From Vicugna vicugna (taxonomy: Eukaryota), in assembly GCA_013265495.1 (NCBI GenBank), contig MU057724.1, forward strand, positions 1,813,102 through 1,877,101: 64,000 bases of DNA, written 5' to 3'. This document shows positions 11,801 through 25,037 of this stretch, piece by piece. The notes under the pieces are model-generated. The model did no database searches, was not told where the DNA came from, and worked only from the letters and a program-made list of their open reading frames with translations. The translations under genes and the position numbers were made by a program. The stretch's first letter is position 1; every line of letters begins with the position of its first letter.

Positions 11801-14800
11801 ATCTTGCCTATTGGAAATGAACATGGCAACTTCTTCTCTTCAAAATATAGGTGAGTCACTGTTTTAGATGACACGAGTGAGTGCGTTGGTCAGGCAGCCT
11901 CTGTGTTTGGTGCTTTTGCAGTAAGAAGCTGAGCCACATTATCGTTGCTATTGAGAGCAGAACTGATCACCGCTGACCTTGCTCATAATTCACCAGTTTC
12001 TTTCTCTGGCAATGCCTGTGTGGCTTCTACTACAGTTCCTTCTCAACGTTCAAAAGAATGGTTTTCTCACTTCCAAGTAGGGAGGGTCTAGCAGGAACAC
12101 TTGGAGTAGAAAATGTGCAGAGGGAGTGATTATGGGAAAAGAAGGAAGCGGGGAGAGAGAGGGTGAGATGGGAGGGTCAGAGGGAAGGGAGGCAGGGAAG
12201 CTGGAGGGGGGGGACTGAGCGCACGTGTGTGTGTGCCAGGGGGAGACCAGCAGAAGCAGGCGCTGAGAGCAACCCGAGGGGAGGAAGCCCAGGAGACAGA
12301 CACACCGACACGAGGGAAAGACACGCCCACTGAGGGAAACAGAGCGCGCCCAGCGCAGACACACACACAGACGTCCGCCCGGACCGCGGCAGCCGGGGCG
12401 CTTACCCCCACGCTGACCAAAGCCTCTTGAAGACCACGTGGCTGTTTCACGACGCCTGTCGTAAATGCTGACTTTATTCCTTGACATTTACCGGAATGCA
12501 GATATTTGGTCCGTAAGCCCCGCTTCCTTTCTTAGTTCCTGAACTGAAACACTAGGAAACTACAGACACCCGCAGGGCTGGGGCAAGACAGAGAACTGTC
12601 CGTATTCGGAAGGCTTTCGTTCACCCTGCTCGGCTTCACTATGAATCATTTCCCAGGACCCGCCGCCACGCTGAGTTACTTTTTTAAAGCGATTTGTTAA
12701 ATAGCCCAGTGAGTCCTGAGTTGGTAGGGATCGCCACCTTTGATACAGGATTGCAACTACGTGTGTGTAAACGTATGTGTCATCTCGCTGTCTACGGGGA
12801 TCCGTAAGTTTGTATGTGTCCACACACAAATCTGTGGAGTTCTGGCAGCCGAGTATCCTACTGAATCAGAAATGACTTGCTTTCAAAGGCTGCCCCTGAT
12901 GTAGAAGCACTCAGCTAAAACTCAAGGCTGTCAGCCGCACGTCAGCTCCTGTAAGCCACCCCTCAACCATGCTCGTGCCTCCCTTCCCATCCACCTCCAG
13001 GGCTTCTGAGGACCCCCCCCTCCTGCCCACCTCTGTCCGCAGACCCCACCAAGTCAGGCAGGCTTGGCCCCAACACGGCTCTGCCGTCGCCCAGCCCCGC
13101 CGGCGGCCACCACCTGGGACCACTCTCGGGACGCCAGTGGGGCTGGGGGGTGACTCCTTTGCCAGCGCCTGCATCCTAGTTTAATAGCCCGTCACGTGGC
13201 CTTTTTAAAAAATTCATACTCTCATTCAGAATGTTATAGGACCGTGCTTCCCTGAGAACACGGAGACGATGGGAAAACTAGTTCCGGGCCAGAGTTCACT
13301 CATATAGACGACGTGGACGTAGCACCCGAGGCCCAAGGGCTCGGAAGGGCTCAGGGCACCCGCTTCACCCTTTGACCCAGATGCTGGCTGGCCGGACATC
13401 TGGGAGCTACCCCATCAGTCGTTTCTTGTAAGATGTTTCCATGGTTAGCAGGGACCGGGAGGTTAGAAAGCTGTTTGCAGCTTGGTCCGCAGGGTTGTCA
13501 AGAAATCACCCTCGTCTCTTTCAGAGATAGAAACAAACTGAACATCAGAGCCTAGTTCACTGAGGCACAGAACCGAAGACACTGGGGGCTTACGGCCCAG
13601 GCTTTCTCCTGATGCATGACTTTCATTGCTTTTAAAACCTCGGGACCATCTTGTGAAGAAAGGGCCATGAAAGAGGATGAAGGACATACCTGGGGTCCAG
13701 TTTAGAGACTGGGGTGTCAGGGGGAACCAGCAATGAGAACTAAGGTAGAGTCAGGGGCGGGAGGAGGTGGGGGAGGCGCTCCCTTCGAGGAGCGCAGAGA
13801 CGCGTGGTCCTGCAGGCCAGACCGCGGGCTTTGTGCCAGCCTCCACCTAGAGGACTCGGGGCCCTCAGAGGCTCGGGAGCAATTCCCAAGAGCCCTTCGA
13901 GGGCAGAGGAGTCGGGACACCCGGGAGAACAGAGTCTGCACGGGGCAGGGTCGGGGAGGACAGTGCGCCCCCGGCGCGTGCAAACTCCCCTACAGGTCTC
14001 ACTGTCCTGGCCCTGGAGATACGTCCCTGCCCCAGCAGAAGCATCTCCACAGGTATGGGTGTGCCCCCGGCCTCAGGCTGGGACCACCGAGCAGGTTCAA
14101 GGGTCAGATGCTCTGTGCCTGGCCGCCCTGCCCCCACCCCGGTTTCTTCCACATGTTCACGTGTCCAGAAGCAGCCGCATCACTGTCCTACCTGTGACCT
14201 CGGGGACCCCTGTCCCCAGACTCACTGGCTCCTCCCTTCACGCAAGTCACTCAGAAATGGGCAGTGGGCATTTCTATCCCAGTTGTGATTTATTTTCCTG
14301 ACTGCAAATGACCAAGTGAGACGAAGGGAGACGTTCACAGAGTAAGAGCACCTCATTTTGATGTTTGATACTTTGACAAAATGTATTTGTAGAGGAAGAC
14401 ATGTATTGATGGTAGAAAAATAAATCAGAGATGATTATTATAGCTCAAGTAGCCTGGTTTGGAGTCAAGGGGCCAGTGGAAGCTTTGCCAACTAAACAGT
14501 TTTGACTTTAAAGAACAGAAATAGAGAAAGAATCTAAGAACCTGGAAGCAAAGATGTTACAGGCACTATGTAAAGATCCAGAGAATCAATACATCAAATA
14601 GGAATTCCTCTGCTACGAGCTGCTAACAGCATTAACTAGCCTCAAAACAAATATTAGTCGACAACGTAAAATAAAAGATTTCTCAAGTAATATCACGTAC
14701 TTGTAACGCAATGATGAATAAAATAAATTTCTGGTCCTTAAGAAGTTTACAGTGTATCAGAAAGAATTACATATGATTCATGAAAGCTTTTTGTTCTTTT

Positions 14801-16011
14801 TTCAATGTCTCCCCAACCAGACTCTAAACTTGAAGGCAGGAGTCTGCTTTCTTTTGAATGGGTGGACAGATGGATGGAGGAATAATACAACAGCTATAAT
14901 TCAGTCATAAGTGCTTTAAAACAGGCACACAGATATTTGTATCACTTCCAGGTGCCTCAACATGGACTTGAAATCGCACAATTCAGGGAACAGAAAACCC
15001 ACCAGGAAAGGACAGGGCCTCTTCCCGCCCCGCAGTGCCGTGGACAGGGGTCTGACGCACGCTGCTGTGACTTACTGCATTTACTGATGGCGTTTACGTG
15101 AACATTCCCCCAAACTGTGGACGACAAGGCGGGGTGCTGCGCGGGGTCATCGCTGTAGCGGACGCACCGTCTGACGGGGATGTTGCCGGTGGGGGCGGCT
15201 GGGCGTGGGTGGGGCTGCGGGTCTACGGGAAGTTCTATCCTTTCTGCTCAGTTCTGTTATGAACCTGAAACTGCTCCGAAGAGGAGAGTCTGTTGGGAAA
15301 AACGGACCCCGGGGGCCTGCAGTGACGGAGGACAAGGCAGTGGCTGCTGCGGGCCCGGGAGGCAGGCGCGGGGAGGGCCCTGGACCACAGATGGCACTCG
15401 GTAGCCACAGGCTGGGCGTGTGTGAGGCACTAACGCCCCTGAGCCGGCTCCCAAGCTGAATGTGGACAACGTCGCCTGCCCCGAGGGCCCTGTGGGCGGG
15501 GCCGAAGGATCCAGCGGGACCCTGGGCGCCGTTCCCACACCTCACACACCTACTGAAGACCCTCCCAGCAGCAGGCTCAGCTAACTCCAAGGACGAGACA
15601 CTGACGGGCAGTCATTGGGGTCTTCTCAGGGGACACAGGCTTCTCAAATTTTCATTCTTGCTGAAAGTGTCCTTAAGATATTTTAAGACACGTTCTTACC
15701 CTAGGAAGTTCGATACGGTAAACAAACTAACCCTCCGGAAGGCCTGCTCAGGCCTCAGAGTCGCGGTTGGACCCCAGCCCGCCCTCTGCCCGGAGGCGGT
15801 GAGGAGGACGGGGGATCGGGGCGGGTCGACAGCGGTGCCTCAGGCAGCCCCTCGCTGGAACCGTCTCTTCTAAATTGAGTCCTCACCACCTCCTCCTTTG
15901 CTCATCAGTCTTGCTTCCCCTCGTCGTGGTTTTAGTAAAACGGTTTTCTTTAAGATGTCACATCCTTGGATTCTAATTTACAGGTTTGGCCACATTAACA
16001 AGGACACCCTG

Positions 16012-16110
16012 GGTGGGAGGTATAGCTCAATGGCAGAGCGCATGCCTGGCGTGCATTGAGGTCCTGGGTTCAATCCCCAGTATCTCCATTAAAAAAAAAG
16101 AAAAAAAAAA
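16012..16110 (+). mobile_element. Vic-1-type SINE with perfect 15-bp target-site duplication
   Basis: tatagctcaatggcagagc...gggttcaatccccag plus poly(A); AACAAGGACACCCTG at 15997-16011 and 16111-16125. Confidence 0.93.
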
Positions 16111-18039
16111 AACAAGGACACCCTGCTAATGCAAATATAGGAGATCTGCTACTAAATATCCAAACATGGCTGAGCCCTGCGTTTGGAAATCACAGCGATG
16201 AAAGGAAAGAAGATGGTTTCTTCCTTCTCTTCTCTAATCCAACCTTGCGATTAAAACGACTTACTTCCTTTAACCTGGGTAATGGATTTATAAGACTCTT
16301 AATTCCAGAAATCAGTTTCTGTTCATTTTCTTTCCTTTAGTTGTCGCCTCCAGAAGTCTCTGTGCGACAGAGACTTTGTTCCCCCAAAGTCATGACAGCG
16401 AAAGGAAACTTTAATCTCAAGAAAAATAGAAAAGAAATTGGAAAGAAAGCTACTAAATGTGAAGTACTTAACTGACACAAAGACTATAGTGCATGGAATA
16501 AGACAGAAGAAAAAAGAGAAAGCCATCTAATCCATAAGTCATAAAATTTTTTCACATGTCGATTGAATGTTGTTACTAAATCTATAGCTTATTGATTATA
16601 GAACTCATGAAATACTTAACACCTTAAAACTTACAAGAAAACACCAAATAAGAGGTTTTGAATGAAGGAACAAAGTATATAAAATAAAATAAAATAAGAC
16701 AGCTAAATTAAAATTTTATTACAAAACTTAAGCCAACTAATAGGCAGCAGTAAGACCATCAAAGGACAGTAGGACTTGACGCTAATGTACTTAAGAGCCT
16801 TGAATTCACTGGCGCCTCTAAGTCATCACAAAGGAAAGCCATTTCAGAGGCTAGAAAGTATTTTCTTAATTAGAGGAAATGGGCTGGACTGGTGTAAAGC
16901 ACTTTGCCAGCGCCGGACGGGAATACCGATACTAGTAAGGTGCAATGGCGGAAGCATCAGATTAAGGACAGTAGTGATAAAAGACAAGAGCAGAGACAAT
17001 ACAGCGGCCATGATTCAGGCGGACGCACGAGAGCCTTCTCAGCACCACCTGTAACCTGAACTGCACTGGAGGAAAGACTGGAAATGCTAATAAGGCATGT
17101 GATTAAAGGTGGGTCTGGGGTTATAAATTGCTTTTTTAATGGTGGTGATGGGAGCTGACATCAAGTATAATAAGAAGATGAGAATGTCAGTATCAATTTT
17201 TATTAGTGTCAGGAACAATATGCAGCGTATTTAAATTAGCTTCATTTGTATTAGTATTTTTATAAGGAGCAGCTCTGGAAGCAATAACATGTCCAATGCA
17301 TTCTAAAAAGAGGAACTAGATAAAGTTGCCAGTGTTCGCCACAAAATGGCCGTAACTTTCACACTAGGGAAAATATGCCACGTTTCTTGCGACTCAGGAT
17401 TGAGGCGCGCAGCAAAGCCTGGAATCTGGATCACAGGAAGCTGCAGAATAAACTGGGGGTACAACGGAAGCAAATGGACAAAGTTGGGCAGAATTAGAAA
17501 CGTGCTAAAAACACAACCTTCCACATGAACCGGAACTTTTCCCCCAAGATTTACATAGAACGGTGAGTAGGGTCTGTATCTGGGTCAGCTTAAACCGCGA
17601 AAGAACCAGCTTGGCACCTACTTAGCCTACACACGATCACGCAGTTGAAAATGAGCAATCATGAAATTAACAACAATCAGTCTTTTTGTAATAAACTTGT
17701 TCTCATTAAAGAAAAATTGGTGAATTAGTTTTGCTTCAGAATGTTCTCAGCAGTTATCTCCAGCTTTCTGAGCTGGTCTAATGACAAATTAGGTGAAATT
17801 GAGTATCTGACAAAAGATAATTTTTAGAGACTAAAAGATGGGAAAGGTTATTTTTAATTAAAACTTTCTTTAAATTTCAGAAAATCAGGCCTTGAAAAAT
17901 AAACCCTTGAAAAAGGGTTAAAATGTAGAATTTTAAAAATCCAGCTCTGAGGACATTGACAACGGACCATTTCCTCTTGATTTATATTCTAGACGATTTA
18001 GTATTAACTGTGCAGGAGAGAAAGCTGAGCCCGGGGGTT

Positions 18040-18255
18040 GAGAAGCTGGCCTGAGTGGTCAGAAGTCTGCTTTCTTGCCGGTTGTTTAGTCCTGGGCCGT
18101 TTGCGCCAACTATTTATTCCCACGTTCTTCATCTGAGGACTGGAAATGCCATAGTTTCTGCCTTGCGAAGCCCTTGAAGGGCTGGTGAGACAGGCGGCTC
18201 CAGGACGCTGCGGAGTGCCTGGCTCTCAATAGATACCAGTCTTATTGTCATTATC
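18040..18255 (+). mobile_element. MIR SINE, degenerate
   Basis: Core-like gttcttcatctgaggactggaaatg and 3' end agtgcctggctctcaatag...ttattgtcattat. Confidence 0.55.
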
Positions 18256-19784
18256 GATGCTAATAAAGTGCTTAAACAGTCATTTCGATTTCTCCAGAAA
18301 GGTTATAGTCAACATTTTTTCCTCACAAAGTTCTTTCTGCTAATTCCTTTTCTCCTGTGAGTTGGAAATTTCTCCTAGGCCAAAGCACACAACTTAACTC
18401 ATTTCTTCAAAGTTCCCTTTTGTTTTTCAAGTTATTCTTGAAGACACATCGCTCCAAAGGCCTTTCCCCGCCTCCCTGAAAAGCGTCTGACTGAAAGCAC
18501 AGGCAGTCCTGCTGTGAGAGGCCCCAGGAACCCACCCCCGGGAGGGCGCACGCCTCAGGCGCTCGGAGCCTCGAGCTCCATCATGCTGCAGGGACCTCAC
18601 GTCTCCAGACGACTAGCAATGTTAGCCAGGGCAGATTTAATAAGCAAGAATTGAAGAGAGCCAGACCCTTCGGCCTTTTAACCCCGTCCTGATGTGTTAG
18701 TGTCTGTGTGTCCTGCTCTTACAAAAGTAGTTCAAAATGCAAAATTCTCAATGACAAAATCGACACCGTGGGCGGGGCCACGGATATTCTACAGACACGT
18801 TCCCACGGAGGAGCGCGTCCGCAGGAAAGTTTGTACCCAGTTCTGGCAGGCCCCGTCCCACCCAGCTGGTGAGCATAAAGCTGCAGAATGAAGGTACTAG
18901 GACAGCCCTCCTCTGGGAAACCACAGAGCACAGGTGCCTCGAAGAGAAGCCACGTCCGTCGTCAGTGCATGCGCTGTAAATTTCAAGGAGAGCCAGACAT
19001 TTCCCGGAGGAACATACAGAGACCACGCTGTTTCCCCGAAGGTGGAGCAGACCACCAGTTGGGGACTTTCTGGGTCCCAAAGACACAAAGGGCTCGTCTT
19101 GCTTCTGACAAATTTCACTAGAGACTAGTGCCAGGACAGAAAGCGTGTTGGCAGCATGTGCTTCTTTATAAACATGTACTTAAAAACAACAACAGCAACT
19201 ATACTTTGCAAAGACTCTATGAAAGGAAACCTACTTGGACTTTATTACACAAAACCCAGGAAGGTGGAATCTCCAGAGCATTGCCTGAGGTGCGTGTCAC
19301 AATATCTAAGGCGGAAGAGCCCGAATTCGCTCAACATCCAGTCAGTCACATCATCTTCAAAGGTCTACGTTCAAAGATTCACATGACTATCCAAGAGAAT
19401 TATCTGATTGTTAAAAAGAAAAGTGGGGAATTCAGGACTTGGGTTATTCCTTCATCAGGCCCAGCCCTGGACCTCCACCAGCACAGAGACAAACCACGTG
19501 CTGGTTTTCCCCCACAGGAGGAGGTGGGAAATGACTCACATTATAGGAAAATGTTGTTGCGTCTTATTATCAAAATACTAGACTAGCCTGAATTGTTTTG
19601 GGCCGATAATCAGTAGTTCCTCCCGTCCCCTGCTCCTTTGGTGGAGAGACAGAGGCTACGTGAAATATGACCGTTGGATTATTCCCTGTAGTAAAATGAG
19701 GGTTCCGGGGCTTGAAAAGTACAAAACATTCTAATAATTAAAGCCAATCAACATCAGAAAAGGTAACACAGGGCAAACCCTTAC

Positions 19785-19815
19785 CTCAGCTCCTGGATTA
19801 CAGACTCCATTGGCA
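19785..19815 (-). CDS. ST18: ST18 second coding exon (31 nt; 34 nt to 19818 with the upstream NAG): (V)PMESVIQEL(S)
   Basis: Polypyrimidine tract ctccttttctttctttttgccagtag|TGCCAATG; donor GCTGAG|gtaagg. Phase fits the previous exon (G+TG = Val). Recalled human sequence is VPMDSLIQELS. Confidence 0.9.
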
Positions 19816-21891
19816 CTACTGGCAAAAAGAAAGAAAAGGAGAATCAGTTTACAGTTTTGAAACCTGTATGACAGAAGCCTTTCGCCCATCTAGAGGTAAT
19901 GCCAGTGCGTGGCTAGCGGAGGCCCCGCCCAGCTGCCCTCGGGGTCAGTTCGGCTTCTCTGGTTCTGGTTCTGGAGACAAGAGGACGGATCCCGGGCGGT
20001 GCCTTGGCTGACCCTGCGGCCTTACGGTCATGGGCTGGGCTTCCAAACACCTGTCTTTAGAGATTACTGAAAAAGTACAGGAGCACGAAGGACTCGGAAT
20101 ATTTTTTAAATCGAAAATTTTGTTTCTAGGAAAATTTTCAAAAGAATCGTGTTTATGTTTTAATTGACAGTAAACAAGTATTTAAACAAAACTGGCAAAG
20201 TGTTGTTAATAAACATGTCCAAAGATTCTGTTCCATATATTTCACTCCTATGGAAAGAGGAGGGTAATGTTCAGCCATGTCCATCTCAACATGCTTTTAA
20301 AAATGAGAACTTCACTTTAAAAACTTTGAAAATAAAAATGAGAACTTTATAGAAAAAAAGAGCTTTGATTTTTCTTAGGGAAATGACAGGAAGTTCGTGT
20401 TTACAAGTACCTGACGACACCAGGATAAGGTGGCTTTAGGATTCTGTGCTGCACAAGGAACAGCTGCTTCCTTTCTCGAAATGTTTGGGCTCTACTTAAG
20501 GGTGTATGTGTGTGTGTATCAGAAGGATTCAAAGTGCAAAAGAATAGCAAATTAAAAGATTCACATGTTGAAAGTATGGCAGAGTCACGTGCTTTCTTTC
20601 AGAAGCCAGAACAAAAGATTTAAATAATCCAAATATGGTCCCTAAAATGCCGACGTTTACAGTAGACATGAGCTTATCCCAAATAATGATGAAACTGTTT
20701 TTTTAAACTCATATTCCATGAAGAAGTCTGCTGCAATAGAATTCTATGCTTACAAATACTGCATTCCAGATATTAGGATGTATGATGTAATTCCTTCTAA
20801 GGTAACTTAAACCAGGCCTGGAAAAGCGCGCACAGTGAAACTTCAGTCTGGGCAGAGGGGAGTCCTATGCCTTGGGCAGCCCTGGTCTGCGCTTTGGTTA
20901 TCACGGCTACGGTAATAACATGGTCATATTCTAACCGAAAACAAAAAGCATCCTGACATTTAAAAAAAAGAGGGGGGACTTCACTGAAACAGGAAGTATT
21001 TACCTTGACTACGTCCACAAACACAGCTAGCTAAAGCGTCGCATTTGATTAGCCATTTTCAACTGTGAGTCTCAGAGCGCTTCCAGATGACTGCGTGACG
21101 GCTGCCCAGCCCGACCCCGACCCGTGGTCAGCAGGGCCGACCCGGTGGACCGCCGGGTGGGGAGCAGCGCTGCAGCCTGTTCCCAGAGGCCGTGGTGAAC
21201 CCACAGTCTTCTGTTTAGAATGAAGGGTCACAAAAATATAGCTAATTATAATAAAAGTTATTTTCCTTAAGGGGTATTATTGCCAGTCAATCCTGTTTTC
21301 CAGATGTTTGGATCATCAAGGGCCTGTTTATATTTCAATATTACATCACCATCTGTTGGTTACAGAAAGAGAGGGCTAACCGGCAAGTTAAACCTTTCGA
21401 ACATGACTTCGCAGAGCTGCCGGGAATTCCCAGCAGAGACAGTCCAAAGACAAACATCATCATTTTACTTGAACTAAGTTTAAACTGGGAGCCACTAAAC
21501 CAGACCACATAAAAATCAAAACCTGCTTTGGCAGTAAGCTAACAATTTGATCTTTTCCCTTGGCCATTAAAGGTCACTTCAGTAATCTGAGGAAGCCTTC
21601 TTTCCTTGCTGACCCCGTGTGCTGTTCTGCGGGATGTTTAAATCCACTCATGCTGCATTCTGTAATAATCAGCATCCTACACTGTTTGGGCTTTTCCGTG
21701 TCCTCTAACTCCTGGTTCAGGGCACTCTGCCTCTCAAAGCCCTGAACCAGCGTCCTGGCTTGATTTAAAAAACGGAAGCCCTGAGGCGGAAGTTGTAATC
21801 TTTCTGATGACACGTCAGAGACCGAGCATTGGAACTCCCACATTTCATGGTGCGGTGGGCACGGTGTCGTGGACCCCGCTGGCTGACTCAC

Positions 21892-21946
21892 CCTTGGTTC
21901 CTTTAGAGCGGGTGCGCAGCGTTTTATCGTCAGCTTCTGCATCCAT
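21892..21946 (-). CDS. ST18: ST18 first coding exon (55 nt, starts at ATG): MDAEADDKTLRTRSKGTK + 1 nt
   Basis: Acceptor ctttgtgttcacgttacag|ATGGATGCAGAAGCT; donor ACCAAGG|gtgagt. Peptide matches the recalled human ST18 start MDAEAEDKTLRTRSKGTE. Confidence 0.93.
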
Positions 21947-22441
21947 CTGTAACGTGAACACAAAGTCCTGAGGTCATTGCTTCGACATTGACCAAAACGG
22001 GAAAGCATGTCATTAAACTTCTGAAGGTCATGATGAAAAGTGGAACAGCCTTCCACGCTCTGGAGCAGCATCTGACCCCGTGGGGAGAGCTGTGACTGCC
22101 CTCCAGAGGCTGGAAGCAGGCAGAAGGGCACAGAAGGGCAGGTGTCCTTGCCCGCAAGCGTCTGCTAGTGAGTCAAACCCTTCTGGCATCACAAAGCTAG
22201 AAGGAAGGATCATCAGATCCGCGGTGGTTGTGAAGGAGACAAAACCTCAAATGCCAAACCCAAAAGTTTCAGACTAAGTTACTAAGCCGGGTTCCTTTGC
22301 ATTTCTAACTCTTTCTGACACATGCCTCTTTCTAAGTCAGGAAAAATAATTTCTGGTGTGAAAAAGCAACATGAGGGCAAAACCCTGAAATGCCCCCATT
22401 GCAAAATGCCACTGGAAATGCTGCTCAGCAGTGCCATACGC

Positions 22442-22558
22442 GGGGGGTGGGTGTGGCTCTGCGGTGGAGTGTGTGCTTAGCGTGTGCCAGGGAGGTCCTG
22501 GGTTCGATCCCCAGTACCTCCATTAAAAACAAAAAACTGAAACAAACCCTCCCCTGAA
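22442..22558 (+). mobile_element. Vic-1-type SINE (antisense to ST18, between leader exon and ATG exon)
   Basis: tgcttagcgtg...aggtcctgggttcgatccccagtacctccattaaaa. Confidence 0.88.
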
Positions 22559-23023
22559 ACAATGCATACATTTACTAAAGCAATTCTAGAATAAATAGGA
22601 GTTATAATCTTCCAAATCTATAAGGAAAGTGAAACTTGAATGCTGTGTGTGTCAGTATCAAATTCCCCAAAACATTGTTACTAGTGATTTTCAATAGTCA
22701 GGTAAGTATCAAAGGGATGCAAAGACTTAACAAGCCTGCTGCTTTTGTCCACGTGGCGACAGATTCTGACCTGTCTACACGCAGCCATTTCACTAGCAAT
22801 GTCTCATCCTCTCCGAGTTTAATTCACTTTCGCACATTATCCAAAGGAATCCTTAAATGGAAAGAAGTGGTTTTGCTTGTTGGAAATCAGAGACAGGCAG
22901 AAGGCGCTCTCTGGGGCCGCGGTCCTTAAACCCTGAGGCTGGCGGGATGCAGGATGTGGCTGTGACGGGGATGGGAGACGCAGCTCTGCTCTGCGAGGCT
23001 GCGCTGTGATGAAAGGCACTGAC

Positions 23024-23172
23024 CTGCCATAGACTTATAATAGGGGAGCAGGTGTGGCAATGATGGACTTTAATTTCCTTTAATAAACCTTTTATGTGCC
23101 ACACTTTTACTGCCATCCGACGCTCTCCAAGGTCCTGCACATAATAGGTTCATTACTTTTGATTACTGTAGT
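23024..23172 (-). other. ST18: Probable ST18 5'UTR exon immediately upstream of the ATG exon (149 nt; weaker internal acceptor at 23134)
   Basis: Acceptor ttgtttgtctcaatag|ACTACAG; donor TGGCAG|gtcagt; 1.1 kb upstream of the first coding exon. Confidence 0.65.
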
Positions 23173-24821
23173 CTATTGAGACAAACAACTCCGGGAGACA
23201 CTATATATTATGTTCAGTTAAACCAGTGTGGACTATTTATCCATTGTGCATTTTTTCACCTGCAACACTACAGACAAAATTAACGGTGGCTCTTGTGAGC
23301 TAAAACTATTAAAGCCACCAGCACTCTTTTGTCATCATTTCATAATAAACACCACACACCAATCACTGAACTGTTTTTCAAATTAGCAAACAAAAAGTGT
23401 CCGCTGCCTTCTCGAGCAGCAGTTGCTTTAGTCTAAATAAAATGGTTCATTGATATGAAGACTTTAAAACTACACAACAAGAGGAAACAACAATAAGACA
23501 GACGTTGCTTGTGGCTGCTTTTCCTCTGTAGATTTCCCTTCTTTTAAAACCACATGGATTTATGACACACGACACCGCCTGGGATTAAAGTGGCTTGGTT
23601 TACACAGGACGGTGAGCCCTGCGTTGTGAAATCCTCTTCTGGGAGGGTCTCTGCTGCATATAAAATGCCTCAACTCACACAAACTCCCCTCCGTGTGCGG
23701 AATGAGTAACTCAGTTGGACAGAGCTGAACTGGAGAGTTAACATGGTGAAAACCACCAGCTGCTCCTGAAGGAGCCGCTCTCGTGGGTTTGGGGGGAACC
23801 TCACCTCAACACGACTGTATAGTCGTCCTGCACGTGGGCGATGTCAGCCCTCCCACCTGCTCTGAAATCACGCCCCTCTGCCCACCAAAATGCAGGTGAG
23901 GCTTAAACCCTCATGAGTTTCTTTACCAAAACTGAAACACAGCCTGCAGAGTGCCAGGAGGCACGGAGAAAAGTTTCAGAAAGCTGCTTAAACATAACCT
24001 CCTTTATAGCAGTTTCAGGGCTAATTCTGTCTTGCAATTCTGCTGTCCCAGGGTGGGACCAGCTCTGCCACCCATGCCACTGAAGCCATTGGAAGGAATG
24101 CATAAATATTCATGGACCCGTGCAAGACTGTGCTTGGAGCGCTGGCCTCATGAGCGTATCTGGGGGCTCCCATCCTCTTGTCGGCATAGGGTCGACGTCC
24201 TACCTCAGCCCTGTAAGCAGCAGCAACTCACTCACGAGGCTCTGTGTCCAAATTTAACTTGTGGGCCAAGTTGTAGGAGTGAGAGCCATCAAGGCCTTAA
24301 CGTGTTTCCCATCTGTTTCACCTCCTGCCTCCTGTTCACACGCAAAGGACAATAAAGGGACCAAGTTCGGTGTCTGGTCCTGTCTTGCAGCCCTCTGGGA
24401 AGAAAAACACCAGAAACCTACAGCATAAGAGCTTCCGACTGGGGATTGGGGAGGGGGGCGAGGCGGAAGGTTTAGTGCTCAGGAGAAAGCCCTCTCTGGG
24501 TAAATCTCACTGGAGAACAAGCGTTTGTTCTCAAAAACCTAACACGTGGAGCAGAAATTTCTAAGTTTTCTTTATATGGATTATTCTCCTGGACTTTAAT
24601 AAACTGCATATAGATGGACTCAATTTTTGTAAAATCAAAACTCAGATTCAGTGGCGCAACGTTCCAATAACGGTTCATTCAAGACGTGCAGCGGGAGGGG
24701 ATGACCGCACGTCCAAGCTCCCCCAGTGACAGACGAGGCGCGCGACTCTGGTGCCGCTCGGACACGGACCTAACAGGGCCGCAGCCTTGAAAATGCCACT
24801 TCTTGTTGGGAACATTGCGAG

Positions 24822-24822
<1 letters not shown>

Positions 24823-24872
<50 letters not shown>
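24823..24872. repeat. Perfect (TAT)16 microsatellite
   Basis: Seen directly. Confidence 0.97.
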
Positions 24873-25037
24873 GAAGGAGAACTGGTCATCTTTGCTGTCT
24901 CCGTCCTAAATGCTATTGACAAGCCTGCAATTAATTTTGTAAAACTTAATGAATCATCTGTTTTCTCAAAACAGAGCTTGGATTTTCTAAAAATCTGTCC
25001 TTGTCCTGATGCCTTCTGGCCTTTCTCTGCGTCCCAC

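Noticed and set aside
13690..13739. Possible 50-nt minus-strand exon with CAG|gtatgt donor
   Set aside because: Acceptor is modest and there is no other support; such pseudo-exons are common in long introns.
1..19784. Third ST18 coding exon (expected to start about VAYDCSMAKKR)
   Set aside because: Not found by eye or in the ORF track; presumed to lie beyond the left edge.
21574..22131. 185-aa minus-strand ORF spanning the ST18 ATG exon
   Set aside because: It is in a different frame from the ST18 coding sequence and resembles no protein I recognise.
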